A DNA stretch of 64,000 nt from Myxococcota bacterium (GTDB taxonomy: Bacteria > Myxococcota_A > UBA9042 > PHBI01 > JAWLBL01): contig JAWLBL010000017.1 of NCBI GenBank assembly GCA_041687695.1, positions 119,383 to 183,382 on the forward strand. The letters are read 5' to 3'. Positions within the stretch are counted from its first letter, which is position 1, and every line of letters starts with the position of its first letter. Of the stretch, positions 9,044 through 18,718 are shown piece after piece. The notes under the pieces were generated by a model, which saw only the letters and a list, made by a program, of their open reading frames with translations, was not told the DNA's origin and made no database searches. The translations under genes and the position numbers were made by a program.

Positions 9044-12000
9044 ATGAGAAGTTCAAGGACGCGCGGATGTGGCCTGCCACGGGTCGCGGCGACGGTAGGC
9101 AGGCCCGCAGCGGCGCTGCTCATGCTGCTCGCCGTGTCGTCGAGCGGGTGCCCGGACGAGACGGTCTCGTCGCAACCGGAGCTGGGGTTTCCCAAGCCCG
9201 ACAAGTCGGTCGCCGATCTCTCGGACGACGTCCCGCAGGGCGACACCGCGGAGACCGAGCCGCGCGTCGAGATCCTGGGGCTGGTCGGGCTCGAGGAGCA
9301 CGGCGACCTGTTCTGCCCCAACGAGCAGACGGTCATCATCGGGGCTCGCAACATCGGCGACCGCCCGCTGCGGCTCATCATCAACGACTTCCTGCTGCTC
9401 GACGCGGAGCCCGTGCCCGACTCGGCGCCGGATCGTTTCCTGGTCACGGCGGACTTCTCGGTCCTGCTCACGCCCGACGTCGGGCTGACCGACGGCGCGC
9501 AGCTGACCCTGACCGCGGCCGCCCTCGAGGACGGCAACATCCCGCTCGACGAACGCTACAAGCACACCCGCACCTTCACCCTGGACGCTGTGGCGCCGCA
9601 GCTGACGGTGACCGAGCCCGACACCGCCGAGTGTCCGGTGACCCTCATCGGGCAGGTCGGCATCGGCGGGAAGGTCACCGACAACCGGCAGGTCGGGCGC
9701 GTCGAGGTCCGCTTCGCCGGTGACACGATGGGATCGTTCCCGCGGGCCGAGGGCGAGACGACGAGCCAGAGCTTCAACACCGAGGTCGACCTGCGGCTCG
9801 CGCCGAGCGCGCTCGAGCCGTTCGAGATCGTGGCCTACGACGCCTGCGGGCAGTCGACCGCCTGGGCCTGTGACGCGAAGGTCGTCCGCTGGGCGTGGTT
9901 GCGCGAGCACCCGAGCTACCCGCTGCCGAACGAGCCGTTCATCAACGACGTAGACCTGCTCGACTGGGACGGCGACGGCTACACGGACGCGCTGTTCGCG
10001 ACCAACAAGGGCGTCATGCTGGCCTTGAACGGCGGCGAGGACGCGCCCGGCACCTTTCACGAGAAGATCGTCCTGACCTCCAAGGCCGCCGACCTCGTGG
10101 CGAGCGTGGATCTGGACGAGGACGGTGAGCTGGACATCGTCACCGTCGAGCGGGTCAACGGCCCGCTGTCGTTGGTGGTCTACCGACACCTCCTCGACGG
10201 CTCGCTGTCGCCCGAAGAGGTGCGGCCGCTGGGGCTCGCGAACCAGGCGAAGGTCGTCGACATGGTGGTGGCGGACTTCACGGGCGACCCCGCCGAGTCC
10301 AAGCGCGACGACGTCATCATCGCTAGCGACAGCCAGCAGCAGACGCTGATCCTCTTCAAGCGTCAGAACGCGGACAACCCGACCGCGGCCGACCAGTGCC
10401 ACGAGGTGGTGGTCGAGGCCGATCCCGGCCCCGGTGGGGACGCCGACGCCGACGCCGGGAGCGCGGACGTGGCGCAGCAGACCCAGATCGTCTGCCCCGC
10501 GCTGTTCGCCGAGCCGTCCTTCGCCGGGCCGGTCGACAAGGTCACGCAGATCGCCGCGTACGACCTGCCCGGGCCGGACGGTCCGGACGGCTACCTCGAC
10601 CTGGTGCTGGGCGCCGACGCCAAGAGCGCCGTCTACGCGTTCCCGAACCGGTTCAGCCAGACGGCCAGCCTGGACACGTCGTTCACGATCTCGACCGTGT
10701 CCTTCGCGTGGCCCGACCCCCAGACGTCGACGCGCCCGCGCCACTTCTGCCTGGGCAACTTCATCCAGACGGGCGAGGTGAACGACCCCGTGGACATGGT
10801 CGTGGGCCTCGAGGGAGAGGGGAACTGGCGCGTCCTGCGCGGCGTGTCCAGCGAGGTCGGCAAGTTCCTGGTGAACAAGGAGAACGCCGAGGACCCGCAC
10901 GACGTGCTGTCCATGTCGGGGTCGACGGGGACGGACATCGGCGGGATGGTGTGCGGGGACTTCAACGCGGACGGCTACGACGACTTCATCGTGATCAGCC
11001 GCGCGAGCCGGCTGATGCAGGTTCATCTGGGCGACGGGATGGGCCGCTTCAACCAGCTGCCGGCCTCGAACCTGCTCAACCCGGTCAACGAGGGCATCGG
11101 GTTCGTGGTGCACCGCGACGCGGCCAAGCCGCAGGTCGCCGACCTGGACAACGACGGCCTGCTCGACCTGCTCGTCTCCCAGCGCGGCAACGGCTTCGGC
11201 GTCTACCTGAACCGGACCACGTCCGAGCGGGGCTTCGACTTCGACGCGATGCGGGCGCTGGTCACGCCGCTCGCCAACAAGTCGACGACCGGGCGCCTGC
11301 AGCGCATGGCGCTCGGCGATCTCAACGGGGACGGCAAGCCCGAGGTCGTGGCCATGAGCAAGGCCTCGACCAAGGGCAACGAGAAGTGGATCGACCTGTT
11401 CCACCCGCTGGCCAAGCAGTACCGGATGTGGTTCGGGAGCCCCGAGAAGAACGCCATCGCGCCGGTCGTGTACGTCTGGCGCAACGGCCAGTACGGGGCA
11501 GACATGCCCTCGTTCCCCGCGGCCTACGACACGCTCCCGTCCAAGCTCTACGACGAGCCGTTCTATGGCGCGGTCGATCCGCTGGCCATCCAGGTGGTGG
11601 ACCTGGCGGGGCCGAACGGGATGCAGCCGGACGGCTTCGCCGACCTGGTCGTGTCGGGTGCGCCGGCCGACTCGATCGAGACCAGCTTCAACCTGCTCAT
11701 CAACAACGCGACCGACGGCGACTTCTGGGACGTCTCCAAGCTCACCGAGCCGAAGGGGGCGATGTTCCGGCCCTGGAGCGGTTACGAGAAGGGCTCGGAG
11801 CCCATCTACGATTTCGCGCTGATCCCGGATCCGGGGGGCGGGATCGTGCCGGCCTTGGCGGTGGGCATGAAACGCCACGCCCAGTGGGAGCCCGAATGCG
11901 TCCAGCCCACGCTGCGGGTCTGCCCGTGGGACTTCAACAAGCCCGTTCCGGGCTTCGATGGCGTGACGGCGCCTTATTGGCGTTGTCCCATCTACTATGG

Positions 12001-12694
12001 CCTGTCCGATGACTGCCCGAACGTCGCGTTGCCGACGCTGGACAAGCTCATCGGCGGCCAGGTCCGGGACATCGAGCGCATCGCCGTGTCGGGGCCGCTC
12101 GCGGGTTCGCCCACCCAGGATCCCAACGTCGACTCGGACCTCATCCTGGTCAACCAGGCGACCAACTCGATCACCTACTTCCGCTTCGACCCCTCGAAGG
12201 GCGCCCATCCCTTCGCGACCGGCAAGGAGAAGGGCATCGGCTCGGCGCCCAAGGACATCGCGATCGGCGACGTCAGCGGCGACGGCCTCGTGGACATGGT
12301 GACCTCCGTCCAGGACTTCGTCTTCATGGCCTTCGGCCGCACCGGCGACGACCCGTTCGATGCGCCCGTCAACATCGACGTCGGCGGCGAGAAGCAGAAG
12401 GGGCCCGAGAACGTGGTCCTCAGCGACCTCAACGCGGATGGGCTGCTGGACGTCATCTGGACCGAGAAGGGCAACGGACGCGTGGCCTCGTACCTGAACA
12501 TCGGCCCCGACCCCAAGGACGCCGGGCGTTGGCGCTTCAAGGGCCCGTTCTATCAGGACGTGTGCGACCAGCCGACCGAGATCGTGACCTACGACTTCGA
12601 TGGCGACGGGTGCGACGAGGTGCTGGTGCTCTGCGAGCGGGCCGGCGCCATCGCGGTGGTCGCCAACGACACCTGCACCAAGCTGGCGCAATGA
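9044..12694 (+). CDS. Large FG-GAP/VCBS-repeat lipoprotein (putative adhesin or surface protein)
   Basis: Lipobox SSGC; Ig-like segment (LDAVAPQLTV); many Ca-binding motifs DWDGDGYTD, DLDEDGELD, DFNADGYDD, DLDNDGLLD, DLNGDGKPE, DVSGDGLVD, DFDGDGCDE. Confidence 0.9.
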   Translation: MRSSRTRGCGLPRVAATVGRPAAALLMLLAVSSSGCPDETVSSQPELGFPKPDKSVADLSDDVPQGDTAETEPRVEILGLVGLEEHGDLFCPNEQTVIIGARNIGDRPLRLIINDFLLLDAEPVPDSAPDRFLVTADFSVLLTPDVGLTDGAQLTLTAAALEDGNIPLDERYKHTRTFTLDAVAPQLTVTEPDTAECPVTLIGQVGIGGKVTDNRQVGRVEVRFAGDTMGSFPRAEGETTSQSFNTEVDLRLAPSALEPFEIVAYDACGQSTAWACDAKVVRWAWLREHPSYPLPNEPFINDVDLLDWDGDGYTDALFATNKGVMLALNGGEDAPGTFHEKIVLTSKAADLVASVDLDEDGELDIVTVERVNGPLSLVVYRHLLDGSLSPEEVRPLGLANQAKVVDMVVADFTGDPAESKRDDVIIASDSQQQTLILFKRQNADNPTAADQCHEVVVEADPGPGGDADADAGSADVAQQTQIVCPALFAEPSFAGPVDKVTQIAAYDLPGPDGPDGYLDLVLGADAKSAVYAFPNRFSQTASLDTSFTISTVSFAWPDPQTSTRPRHFCLGNFIQTGEVNDPVDMVVGLEGEGNWRVLRGVSSEVGKFLVNKENAEDPHDVLSMSGSTGTDIGGMVCGDFNADGYDDFIVISRASRLMQVHLGDGMGRFNQLPASNLLNPVNEGIGFVVHRDAAKPQVADLDNDGLLDLLVSQRGNGFGVYLNRTTSERGFDFDAMRALVTPLANKSTTGRLQRMALGDLNGDGKPEVVAMSKASTKGNEKWIDLFHPLAKQYRMWFGSPEKNAIAPVVYVWRNGQYGADMPSFPAAYDTLPSKLYDEPFYGAVDPLAIQVVDLAGPNGMQPDGFADLVVSGAPADSIETSFNLLINNATDGDFWDVSKLTEPKGAMFRPWSGYEKGSEPIYDFALIPDPGGGIVPALAVGMKRHAQWEPECVQPTLRVCPWDFNKPVPGFDGVTAPYWRCPIYYGLSDDCPNVALPTLDKLIGGQVRDIERIAVSGPLAGSPTQDPNVDSDLILVNQATNSITYFRFDPSKGAHPFATGKEKGIGSAPKDIAIGDVSGDGLVDMVTSVQDFVFMAFGRTGDDPFDAPVNIDVGGEKQKGPENVVLSDLNADGLLDVIWTEKGNGRVASYLNIGPDPKDAGRWRFKGPFYQDVCDQPTEIVTYDFDGDGCDEVLVLCERAGAIAVVANDTCTKLAQ

Positions 12695-12745
12695 GGCCAC
12701 GGCCCGGGGGCCCGCCTCGCGCGGCCCCCTCGGGTCGCGGCGACG

Positions 12746-13915
12746 TCAAAAGACCTGGATGCGCTCCTCGAGCCGCTTGGCCGACTCGCGGAGCTTGACG
12801 CGCTGGGCCTCGAGCGGCGCTCGCTCGGGCGACGGCATGCGGAACGCGTATCCGTCGCCGCTGGGCCGCTTGTGTTGGTCGAGCGCGGCGGTGATCGCGG
12901 GGCCGAGGGTCTTGAGGACCTGCCACAGCTCGAAGGCGCGCAGCTTGTCGTTCTCGGGCAGCGCAAGATAGAGGGTCTCGAGGCGCTTGATGTCGACCTG
13001 GCCCTCGAGGCGCTCCCAGTAGTCGTAGCCGGCCTCGCCTTCGAGCCCGAGGAGCTTGGAGAGGCCGTCGGTCATCTCGAGCGTGGCGCTGGTGAAGCGC
13101 CCGAGGGCCGTGTCGGGCAGGCGGCCTTCGGGCGGCGCGGTGGGCGCGTCCGAGCTGGCGACGAGCGCCGTGGGTGGGGCCTCGGCCGTCGTGAAGAGGC
13201 CGGGCTCGACGAGCCACACGATCCCGACGCCGGCGCCCAGCGTGCCGAGGACCAGACCTGCGACCGCGACGCCCGAGCGCTTCTTGCCAGGCCGACCCGC
13301 GGGCTCGGGGCGGCGCGCCGTCGTCCCCGCGCGCTCGGGGCGAGCCGGCGCTCCAGGCGGCCGCGGCGCGCCGTTGGGCGTGTCGGACCAGGCCGTCGGG
13401 CCGCTGTCCTGAGGGACCTCGGGAGCCGAGGGTTCTTGCGTCGCCCAGGGATTCGGCGCGGGCGCGGAGCCGGCGCCCGCCGGCCAGGCCGAAGGGCCCT
13501 GGTCGGACGGGAGGTTGGGGGTGGGGGCGTCGAAGGCCGTGGCCCACGAGACCGGCTCGGCGGCGGGCCCGGCGGCGTTGGCTGGAGCGGCGGGCGGCGC
13601 GGACGGAGCGGCGCCCCAGGCCTCGGGCGAGGCCGCCGACGGCGGGTCAGCCCAGCCGCCCGCGGTCGGCCCCATGTACGGCGATGGCCCGCTCGGCGGG
13701 GTCACCGCGCCGAAGGCGACGGTCGGACGGGCCGGCGGTCGGGTGGCGGCCGGGGCCTGAGGCGGAGCCGGCGGCGTGGGCGGGCTAGGGGCCGCTGGCG
13801 GCTCGAGCGCCTGCAGCGCGCGCGATTGGGCGGCGAAGAACTTGGCGAAGACGATGCCGCAACCGCCGCACTCGTCGCCGGAAGGTTGTTCGTAGCCGCA
13901 CCTGGGACATTCCAC
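12746..13915 (-). CDS. Zinc-ribbon, Pro-rich membrane protein
   Basis: CPRCGYEQ...ECGGCGIVFAKF N-terminus, Pro/Ala linker, single TM, helical C-terminal domain. Confidence 0.8.
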   Translation of the reverse strand: MECPRCGYEQPSGDECGGCGIVFAKFFAAQSRALQALEPPAAPSPPTPPAPPQAPAATRPPARPTVAFGAVTPPSGPSPYMGPTAGGWADPPSAASPEAWGAAPSAPPAAPANAAGPAAEPVSWATAFDAPTPNLPSDQGPSAWPAGAGSAPAPNPWATQEPSAPEVPQDSGPTAWSDTPNGAPRPPGAPARPERAGTTARRPEPAGRPGKKRSGVAVAGLVLGTLGAGVGIVWLVEPGLFTTAEAPPTALVASSDAPTAPPEGRLPDTALGRFTSATLEMTDGLSKLLGLEGEAGYDYWERLEGQVDIKRLETLYLALPENDKLRAFELWQVLKTLGPAITAALDQHKRPSGDGYAFRMPSPERAPLEAQRVKLRESAKRLEERIQVF

Positions 13916-13945
13916 GTCCGCCTCCCCCGTGGGTGTGGAGCCCGC

Positions 13946-13974
13946 ATCATAGACCGCGCCGGCGGGCTCGACAA
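13946..13974 (-). promoter_or_regulatory. Putative sigma70 promoter
   Basis: Minus strand TTGTCG-N17-TATGAT, 30 bp upstream of the zinc-ribbon gene start. Confidence 0.5.
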
Positions 13975-13988
13975 TTTCAGCAATGCTG

Positions 13989-15500
13989 TCAAGGCGTTCG
14001 CGCGGTAATCCGGTCGCCGGTCGCGGGCTCTCGCGCGTCGTCGAGGGAGGCGTACAGGCGCTGGAGGCGCTCGGGGTCCGCGCGCACGGCGATGTTGCGC
14101 GTGTCGGCGACCGTGACCAGGCCGGGGCCGGCGCCGCGGGGCTTGCGGACGTGCTTTCGCTCGGTCCACATCACGTCGATGACGGTCTCGCCACGGAGCT
14201 TGCTGTGCCAGGCCGCGAGGAGCGCCGCGTCGAGCAGGGCCTCGGGGCTGGGATCGCCGCGCCCGGCGCGACGCAGGACGACGTGGGAGCCGGGGCAGTC
14301 GCGGGCGTGCAGCCAGACGTCCTGGCCGCGGGCGACCTGGAAGGTGAGCCGGTCGTTGTCGCGCGCGCCGCGGCCGACCAGGATGGGCGTGCCGTCCACG
14401 GCTCGGAACTCGCGGTAGGGCAGGGCGGGGGCGTCGTCGGCGCGGCCGCGGGGCGGGGCCTGGACGGGGGGACGCCAGCCCAGCGCGCGCAGGCGTCGCT
14501 CGAGCGCCTCGAGGGCGGCGTCGGCGGCCGGGACGTCGTCGAGCGCCGCGTCGGGGTCGAAGGCGTCGACGTCCCCCCTCAGGGCCTCGACGGCCGCCTG
14601 GGTCTCGAGCACCTCGAGCACGAAGCCTTCGGCGCGCTCGCGGCCGCCGCTCAGCTTGCGGTACAGGTGAAAGTGGCGCTGCATGTTCTCGACCGGGCTC
14701 AGCCGCGGGTCGAGCGGCACCTCGGTCTCGCCCCCGTCCTCGCGGGCCCAGTCGCGCAGGCGGACGCGGTCGGCGCCCTTGGGGATGTCGCGCAAGGCGG
14801 CCTTGAGGAGCTCGCCGTGGTGGCGGTGGCGGTCGGCCGACTCGGCGCGCGCGAGCTCGTGCTCGAAGGCCTGTCGCTTGCGATCGAGGCGCTTGCCGAA
14901 GGCGCGGACGTGGCGGGCGAGCTCGTTGCCGCGGCGTTCGAGGCGGGCTCGTTCGGCGGCGCCGCGGAGCGTGGCGTCCCAGCGGTCGAGCCAAACGTCG
15001 TCGGCGAGCTCGGGCCAGGGATCGGGGCCGGGTGCGAAGGGGCGGGCGTCGGGATCCCGGGCGGGGCGGCCTTCGTGGAGCAGGGCGGTGGGGGTGTCGT
15101 CCGGGCCGAGCAGCACGGCGGCGTTGGGGAAGCGGCCGGCGAGCTGGACGGCGAGGGTGAGCGCGTCGGGGCCGCGGGTCAGGGTGATGGTCATGCCTCG
15201 GTCCATCCAGGGCTCGACGGCACGGACGCGGGCGCCCTCGAGCGCCTTGCGGAACAGGAGCGCCGTGCGATCGGGTGCCGCGGGGGTGGGGGGCCACTCG
15301 CGGGTGAGTGACAGGCGGGGCAGGGCGCGTTGGGGCGCAATGAGCAGGCGCTCCCCGCCGGGCCCGGAGTCCTTGAGGAGCAACGCGCCGCCTTCGAGGT
15401 GCCACACGCGCTCGACGTAGCGGCCGGACAGGCGTGCCGCCAGGGCGTCGGCGAGTCGGGCAAGGGCGCCCGTGGTCGATGGGATGGCTCGGGTAGGCAT
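13989..15500 (-). CDS. NFACT family protein (RqcH/FbpA-like)
   Basis: Coiled coil with GELLKA...PLDPRLSPVENMQRHF; NFACT-R domain ILVGRGARDNDRLT...WLHARDCPGSHVVLR. Confidence 0.9.
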   Translation of the reverse strand: MPTRAIPSTTGALARLADALAARLSGRYVERVWHLEGGALLLKDSGPGGERLLIAPQRALPRLSLTREWPPTPAAPDRTALLFRKALEGARVRAVEPWMDRGMTITLTRGPDALTLAVQLAGRFPNAAVLLGPDDTPTALLHEGRPARDPDARPFAPGPDPWPELADDVWLDRWDATLRGAAERARLERRGNELARHVRAFGKRLDRKRQAFEHELARAESADRHRHHGELLKAALRDIPKGADRVRLRDWAREDGGETEVPLDPRLSPVENMQRHFHLYRKLSGGRERAEGFVLEVLETQAAVEALRGDVDAFDPDAALDDVPAADAALEALERRLRALGWRPPVQAPPRGRADDAPALPYREFRAVDGTPILVGRGARDNDRLTFQVARGQDVWLHARDCPGSHVVLRRAGRGDPSPEALLDAALLAAWHSKLRGETVIDVMWTERKHVRKPRGAGPGLVTVADTRNIAVRADPERLQRLYASLDDAREPATGDRITARTP

Positions 15501-15703
15501 GGCCGCCAACGTTGGGCCGATGTGAGGGAGGACGCAAGCTCGCGGGAGGAGACGCAGCCCCTCGGCCCTGAGCCGTGACATGGGGGGGAGTCGCTCTATC
15601 CTCCGAGAGACCTCCCGACACCACGACCGGCCTCGTGACTCGCGTCATGCGTCGCTTCAGCGCGACGCGGCGGCGCGCGCGGGGCCCTGCGCCCAGGAGA
15701 CCG

Positions 15704-16279
15704 ATGGCCGAGCGCGAAGACGACCGGCGCCCTGTAGAGGCCCAGCGGCCCGCGAGCGAGCGCGAGGGCGCCACGGGCGGCGAGCCACCGGAGCAGCTGC
15801 CAGCCTCGCGGCGACGGTTCCTGGGACGCGTGGCCTTGACGGCCGGGACGATCGGGGCCGGGCTGGTCGTGGTGCCGCTGTGCGCCGTCGTGCTCGACCC
15901 CTTGGATACACCCGAGCCGGTGTGGCACCCGCTGGGGCCCGTGGACGCGTTCGCCATCGGTGGGACCAGCAAGGTCACCTTCGTCGATCCGGAGGCCTTG
16001 CCATGGGCAGGCGCCGTCGCTCGGACGGCGGCGTGGCTCAGGCGCGAGGCCGCCGACCGGTTCGTCGCGTTCTCGGGCTATTGCACCCACGCGGGGTGTC
16101 CGGTCCGCTGGGAAGAGGGCGCGCAGTTCTTCCTGTGCCCCTGTCACGGCGGGGTCTTCCACCGCGACGGCTCGGTCGCCGCGGGGCCGCCGGCGCGGCC
16201 GCTGCCGTCCTTGCAGGTGCGCGTACGGCAGGGGCAGGTGGAGATCCTGACCGACCCCCGGCTGACGCGGGTCGGCTGA
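15704..16279 (+). CDS. qcrA: Rieske 2Fe-2S subunit of a quinol:cytochrome c reductase
   Basis: Tat motif SRRRFL; CTHAGC and CPCHGG boxes; GPPARPL; AGGAGA RBS. Confidence 0.93.
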   Translation: MAEREDDRRPVEAQRPASEREGATGGEPPEQLPASRRRFLGRVALTAGTIGAGLVVVPLCAVVLDPLDTPEPVWHPLGPVDAFAIGGTSKVTFVDPEALPWAGAVARTAAWLRREAADRFVAFSGYCTHAGCPVRWEEGAQFFLCPCHGGVFHRDGSVAAGPPARPLPSLQVRVRQGQVEILTDPRLTRVG

Positions 16280-16280
16280 C

Positions 16281-17729
16281 GTGGGCGGCGAGCGTGCGGG
16301 GCCGCTGCGGCGCGCGTGGCGACGGGTGGCAGGTCGGCTGAGTCACCTGCTGGGCCTCGAGCCGATCGTAGCGGTGGCGCGCCATCGTATCCCGGCGGCC
16401 CTCGTCGGTCGCGTCGGGTGGATGACCATCTTCGGCAGCGCCATCCTGACCGCCTTCGGGGTCCAGGTCGTCACGGGGATCGCCCTGGCCAGCAAGTACG
16501 CGGCCGCGCCGGCGCACGCCTACGACACGGTCCAGCACCTGACCAACGAGGTGTGGCTGGGGTGGCTGGTGCGCGGCATGCACTTCTACGGCGCGAGCGC
16601 GATGATCGTGCTGGTCCTCGTGCACATGGCGCGCGTGTTCCTGACCGGGTCCTACAAGTACCCGCGGCAGATGAACTGGGTGACGGGCGTGCTGCTGCTC
16701 GGCCTCACCTTCGGGATGGGCTTCACCGGGCAGCTGCTGCGCTGGGACCAGGACGGCCTGTGGACCGTGATGATCGCCTCCCAGTTCGTCGAGCGCGTGC
16801 CCTTCATCGGTTCTGCTCTCGCCGAGGTCGTCCTGGCTGGCGACGACGTCAGCGGGACCACGCTCAGCCGCTTCTTCGTCCTCCACGTCGTGGTCTTCCC
16901 CGCCCTCATCGGCGCGTTCGTCGCGGTGCACCTGTACCTCGTCATCCGGCACGGCATCTCCGAGCCCCCCGTGGCCGGACGCCCCGTCGACCCGTCGAGC
17001 TACGAGCGCGAGTACGCGCAGCTCGAGCGCGCCGGCGGCCGCTTCTGGCCCGACGCCGCCTGGCGCGACGCCGTCGTCGGGCTCCTCGTCATCCTCGTCG
17101 TCATCACGCTGGCCGTGGTCCTGGGGCCCCGCCCGCTCAACCTGCCGCCCGACCCCACGCAGCTCGACGCCGATCCCCGCCCGGACTGGTATCTGCGGTG
17201 GTACTACGCGCTGCTCTATCTGCACCCGCGCACCCTCGGCGACTGGGTCATGGTCTGGGCGCCCATCCTGGTGGGCCTGTACCTGCTGGCGCTGCCCTTC
17301 GTGTTCGCCCGCGGCGAGCGCCACCCTCGTCGCCGCCCCTGGGCCGTCGCCAGCGTCCTCATCGTGACCGTCGGCTTCGGCTACCTGACCTGGCTCGGCG
17401 TCGAGGCCCCATGGGTGCCCCGCTTCACCACGGAACCCATCGACCCGGCGCGCGTCGGCCTGCCCGCCGGGCCCGCGACCGCCGGCGCGCACCTCTTCTA
17501 CGAGCGCGGCTGCCAGTACTGCCACGCCGTCCACGGCTTCGGCGGCGTCTACGGTCCGGATCTCACCGACGTCTCCGCCCGGATGTCCGACGGCCAGCTG
17601 GTGGCCATCGTGACCCAGGGGTTCGGCGACATGCCGGCCTACCGCGAGACCCTGCCGCCCGGCGAGCTCGACGCGCTGCTCGCCTTCTTCCGAGCCGCCG
17701 CCGCCCTCGAGCCGGGGAGGGCGCCATGA
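16281..17729 (+). CDS. qcrB: Cytochrome b (b plus subunit IV) fused to C-terminal cytochrome c
   Basis: Four heme b His (RGMHFYGAS...VHMAR; FVLHV...VHL), Qo motif PDWY, C-terminal CQYCH...GDMP. Confidence 0.93.
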   Translation: MGGERAGPLRRAWRRVAGRLSHLLGLEPIVAVARHRIPAALVGRVGWMTIFGSAILTAFGVQVVTGIALASKYAAAPAHAYDTVQHLTNEVWLGWLVRGMHFYGASAMIVLVLVHMARVFLTGSYKYPRQMNWVTGVLLLGLTFGMGFTGQLLRWDQDGLWTVMIASQFVERVPFIGSALAEVVLAGDDVSGTTLSRFFVLHVVVFPALIGAFVAVHLYLVIRHGISEPPVAGRPVDPSSYEREYAQLERAGGRFWPDAAWRDAVVGLLVILVVITLAVVLGPRPLNLPPDPTQLDADPRPDWYLRWYYALLYLHPRTLGDWVMVWAPILVGLYLLALPFVFARGERHPRRRPWAVASVLIVTVGFGYLTWLGVEAPWVPRFTTEPIDPARVGLPAGPATAGAHLFYERGCQYCHAVHGFGGVYGPDLTDVSARMSDGQLVAIVTQGFGDMPAYRETLPPGELDALLAFFRAAAALEPGRAP

Positions 17730-18718
17730 CCCGGGCTCGCCCGTTCATCGCCAGCGCGCTCCTCGCGGCGGGCTGCCAGGGGCCGCACTCGGTCTTGAGC
17801 CCCGCCGGTCCGGCCGCCCGCAGCATCGAGGGCCTCTGGTGGGTCCTGTTCTGGGGCACCATCGTCGCCGCCGCCCTGACCATCGTCCTCATCGTGTTCG
17901 TCGTCCTGCGCCGCCGCCGCGTGCCGGGCCCCGGCACCGTGGACGCGCGCCGCGAGGACCGCTGGCTGCTCGTCACCGGGGTCGCCATCCCGGCGGCCAT
18001 CGTGCTGACCCTGCTGGTCGCCACGTTCCGCACGGCCGAGCAGGTCGCCCGCCCGCCGACCGAGCCGGCCCTCACCATCGACGTCGTGGGCCACCAGTTC
18101 TGGTGGGAGGTGCGTTACCCGGACCACGGCGTCGTCACGGCCAACGAGATCCACATCCCGGTCGGTCGCCCCGTCCGGCTTCGCCTGGGAAGCGCCGATG
18201 TGATCCACAGCTTCTGGGTCCCACGCCTCGCCGGCAAGATGGACATGACCCCCGGCCACGTGACCGAGCTCTGGCTCGAGGCTGACTCGCCAGGGGTCTA
18301 CCGCGGCCAATGCGCCGAGCTGTGCGGCGTGCAGCACGCGCTCATGGCCTTCCTGGTGGTCGCCCAGCCGGACGCCGAGCTCGCCGCCTGGCTCGAGGCG
18401 CAGGCCCGCCCGGCCGCCGCGCCCGTCACCGACGCCTCCGCCCGCGGGCTCACCGTCTACCGACAGTTCGACTGCGTCGCCTGTCACGCCGTCCGCGGGC
18501 TCACGCGGCCGCAGCAGGCGCGCGCCCCCGGGCCCGACCTCACCCACCTCTCCTCCCGCCGCACCCTGGCGGCCGTCACCCTGCCGATGAGCCGCGGCAA
18601 TCTGGCCGGCTGGATCCTCGACCCGCAAGCCCACAAGCCCGGCAACCGCATGCCCGCCACCACGCTCACCCCCGACCAGCTCCACGATCTGCTCGCCTTC
18701 CTCGAGGGCCTGCGATGA
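17726..18718 (+). CDS. coxB: caa3-type cytochrome c oxidase subunit II with fused cytochrome c
   Basis: Lipobox AAGC; HQFWWEVRY; CuA ligands DVIHSF and CAELCGVQHALM; CVACH; ATGA overlap. Confidence 0.95.
   Translation: MTRARPFIASALLAAGCQGPHSVLSPAGPAARSIEGLWWVLFWGTIVAAALTIVLIVFVVLRRRRVPGPGTVDARREDRWLLVTGVAIPAAIVLTLLVATFRTAEQVARPPTEPALTIDVVGHQFWWEVRYPDHGVVTANEIHIPVGRPVRLRLGSADVIHSFWVPRLAGKMDMTPGHVTELWLEADSPGVYRGQCAELCGVQHALMAFLVVAQPDAELAAWLEAQARPAAAPVTDASARGLTVYRQFDCVACHAVRGLTRPQQARAPGPDLTHLSSRRTLAAVTLPMSRGNLAGWILDPQAHKPGNRMPATTLTPDQLHDLLAFLEGLR

Noticed and set aside
9053..12700. Long antisense or alternate-frame ORFs (also 26232-30608, 27383-30754, 58921-63477 and similar)
   Set aside because: Typical high-GC shadow ORFs overlapping motif-supported genes.
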